Positions 61,846 through 64,000 of a DNA stretch of 64,000 nucleotides are shown piece by piece. The stretch comes from Folioceros fuciformis (Eukaryota): NCBI GenBank assembly GCA_049999805.1, contig JBNGIO010006185.1, positions 96,170 to 160,169 of the forward strand. Reading direction: 5' to 3'. The notes under the pieces were generated by a model. It was not told the origin of the DNA, made no database searches, and saw only the letters and a list, made by a program, of their open reading frames with translations. The translations under genes were made by a program, and so were the position numbers. Position 1 is the first letter of the stretch. Each line of letters starts with the position of its first letter.

Positions 61846-62433
61846 ATGACACACGTATATGTGAGATTGATCTTGTTATTACTCCTTTGGTTCCATCCCT
61901 GTTGCACTTATACTGTTGTGGACATTCAATGCGCACCAACACCAACTCAAGGAATACTTTACACACTTCGCAATGTTGCAACAAGTATAGTGATAAGTGG
62001 GTCAAGGCTTGAATCTGCATTGTTCTCACTTGAGCATGGGCGATGGGTGAAGACTTGGACTTCATTCAACTTTCAACCGGTTATGACATTTGTAGCAGGA
62101 AAGGGTCAAAGATTGTTTCCAAGTGACTTAGACATTGTGGTTCCACAGCTCATGGAATTAGAACTACAACTATGTCTTGACACGGCCCGACGGTTTCTAG
62201 ATGAACAGTGCCCCATGAATCGACATCAAGGACAAGTCACAGTGAGAATTGAAGAGCAAGATCAAAATGATGAAGTGCCCACAAGGTGCCCAGTTTCACA
62301 AGCCAATGCAACTTGCACTTTGGGTTTCTCTCCATACGAATCATTTCTTTATAGATTTTTTGACTGTACTGTTGACAATTGTTATAATTACTTTCCGCAT
62401 AGTAATATTTTCATAGCTGGTGTTCGTTACTAG
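61846..62433 (+). CDS. Secreted Cys-rich protein, possibly divergent Gnk2/DUF26-like
   Basis: Signal peptide MTHVYVRLILLLLLWFHPCCT, TATAAAT at ~61821, single exon, paralog conserved at 63444+. Confidence 0.7.
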   Translation: MTHVYVRLILLLLLWFHPCCTYTVVDIQCAPTPTQGILYTLRNVATSIVISGSRLESALFSLEHGRWVKTWTSFNFQPVMTFVAGKGQRLFPSDLDIVVPQLMELELQLCLDTARRFLDEQCPMNRHQGQVTVRIEEQDQNDEVPTRCPVSQANATCTLGFSPYESFLYRFFDCTVDNCYNYFPHSNIFIAGVRY

Positions 62434-63443
62434 TTGAACAATCGCTAAGGTAGCCACATGATGAAGGAGGAGAGAAGAAAGCAAAGTCTCTCTCTGTATT
62501 GCAAGGGAGCTCAAGAGGGTATTTATACCCTCTAGAAGAAAATAACTATCAAGGAAGTTGCGCAAAAAACTAAAAATTAACTTAAGCCAATCTAAATAAA
62601 TGATACTTAACTAGACACTAATCTTAGACTAAACACATTAGTCTAAACTAGGCTTTAATAACCCTACATTAGTACTTAAAGAAATAAGAAAGTTCAAATA
62701 TTTCTTCTTCAAACTTTAAAAGATTTCTACTTCTCTTTCTCTTCAGAAATGGTTGTTTTTGTGCATAAGTTTTTAGCATGGAAAAACCTCTATGTACAAA
62801 AATGGTTTTAGAAAAAACAACACCTTTCTCCTTAGACATTGTTTAAGATTATAAACTAAGAAATGCCATGCATGAAAATTTACTTCATATAATTGCACAC
62901 TTTGGCATTGTAGTTTAGGGTTTGACAATATCTACTGCTTGCATATCATAAAATTGATATTTTTATGGTAGAAAACTAATGTAAGGTGTATTAAATACAC
63001 ATATTTGTTTTATTGAAAGAAAAGATAAAAAGCCTCGTTTACCTTGAAAATAAAAATGAGAAGGAATTATCCAAAGAGGATCCATTGAAGGCCAAAAAAG
63101 AGACTAATCTTTGTGTTGTAAGTGCAAACTCTAGGTGATATATATTATTGAAAAAGAGATAAAATTCTATCTACCCAAAGATAAGGAGGAATAACTTGAA
63201 GAGAGTTGAAGGCCAAAAAGGGAATAAGCCCTCAAATACCATTCCTAAAATTACATATTGTTCCAAAAATGTCGTCATGAAAAATAACAAAAGGCCTATC
63301 TATACAACTAGTGTTAAAGAGACTACTCGATCTACACTTGTTGTTCTAAAGACCGCATTGGCCTCACAGTTCTTATAGTCTTTTTCTTTTTTAACACTAC
63401 TTGATCATATATGTTTAAATTTATTTTTATATAACTACATTAA

Positions 63444-64000
63444 TCATACACGGACAGCTGGCACATAAATTGTGGTATGAGGGAAATAGTTGAAACAATC
63501 AGTATTAACACAATCAAAAAGGGAATATAGTCGTGATTCATAAGGGGAAAATGCGAGAGTGCAAGTTGCATCTGCCTCTTTCACAGAACACCTTGTAGGT
63601 ATGTTATCATGTTGATCTTGCTCATCTATTGCTACTACAATATGTCCTTGGTATCGATTCATGGGGCATCGTGTGTCGAGAACTCGTTGAGCCTCTTGCA
63701 AACATAGTTCTAGTTCTAGTTCGTATAGTTGTGGAACCACGATATCTAGGTCACGTGTGATTTTTCTTTGTCCCTTTCCTGCTACAAATGTTATGACTGG
63801 TTGGTATGCAATAAAACTCCAAGCCTTCACCCACCTGCCATGTCCAAGCGAAAATAATGCGGATTGGAGACCAACCCCACTTATCACAAGTTGTGATGCC
63901 TGTTGTCGACGAGTTTCGAGTTTTATGTCTACATCTCCTACTGGTGCACAACCAATGTCTAGAATTGTGTATGCTAAACTTTGATAAAGAGGAAGCAGTA
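63444..64000 (-). CDS. Paralog of the 61846 secreted protein (5' end beyond window)
   Basis: The frame is open to the window edge (LLPLYQSLAYTILDIGCAP...). It shares VISG..L.SALFSL.HGRWVK.W, TFVAGKGQR, DLDIVVPQL.ELEL.LCL, CPMNR.QG and ATCTL.FSPYES. Confidence 0.75.
   Translation of the reverse strand, partial: LLPLYQSLAYTILDIGCAPVGDVDIKLETRRQQASQLVISGVGLQSALFSLGHGRWVKAWSFIAYQPVITFVAGKGQRKITRDLDIVVPQLYELELELCLQEAQRVLDTRCPMNRYQGHIVVAIDEQDQHDNIPTRCSVKEADATCTLAFSPYESRLYSLFDCVNTDCFNYFPHTTIYVPAVRV

Overview
Gene-dense plant nuclear DNA with short (~80-110 bp) introns. The compactness plus a PLS-PPR protein ending in a DYW:KP domain points to a seed-free plant, most likely a hornwort (inference). 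Recognisable genes in order: SECA2 3' end, PP2C, BFA2-like P-type PPR, OEP16-3/B14.7, intronless HST, a C-terminal RING protein, a plastid Rossmann-fold protein, RH39, CPN20, an F-box protein, TOM1-like, DUF1764, AP-3 sigma with a same-strand ADP-ribose/CDP-alcohol diphosphatase nested in an intron, gluconokinase, LIP2 and PPR-DYW:KP. A tail-to-tail pair of secreted Cys-rich proteins ends the window. Accessory stretches hold pseudogenes (trihelix, PPR, F-box-like), AT-rich non-autonomous repeats, tandem arrays and hairpins. The best novelty candidate is a secreted precursor carrying several copies of a CLE/IDA/PIP-like RxxPSGPxP peptide (36.2-36.6 kb) with a truncated paralog nearby. Orthology calls come from remembered motifs, not database searches.
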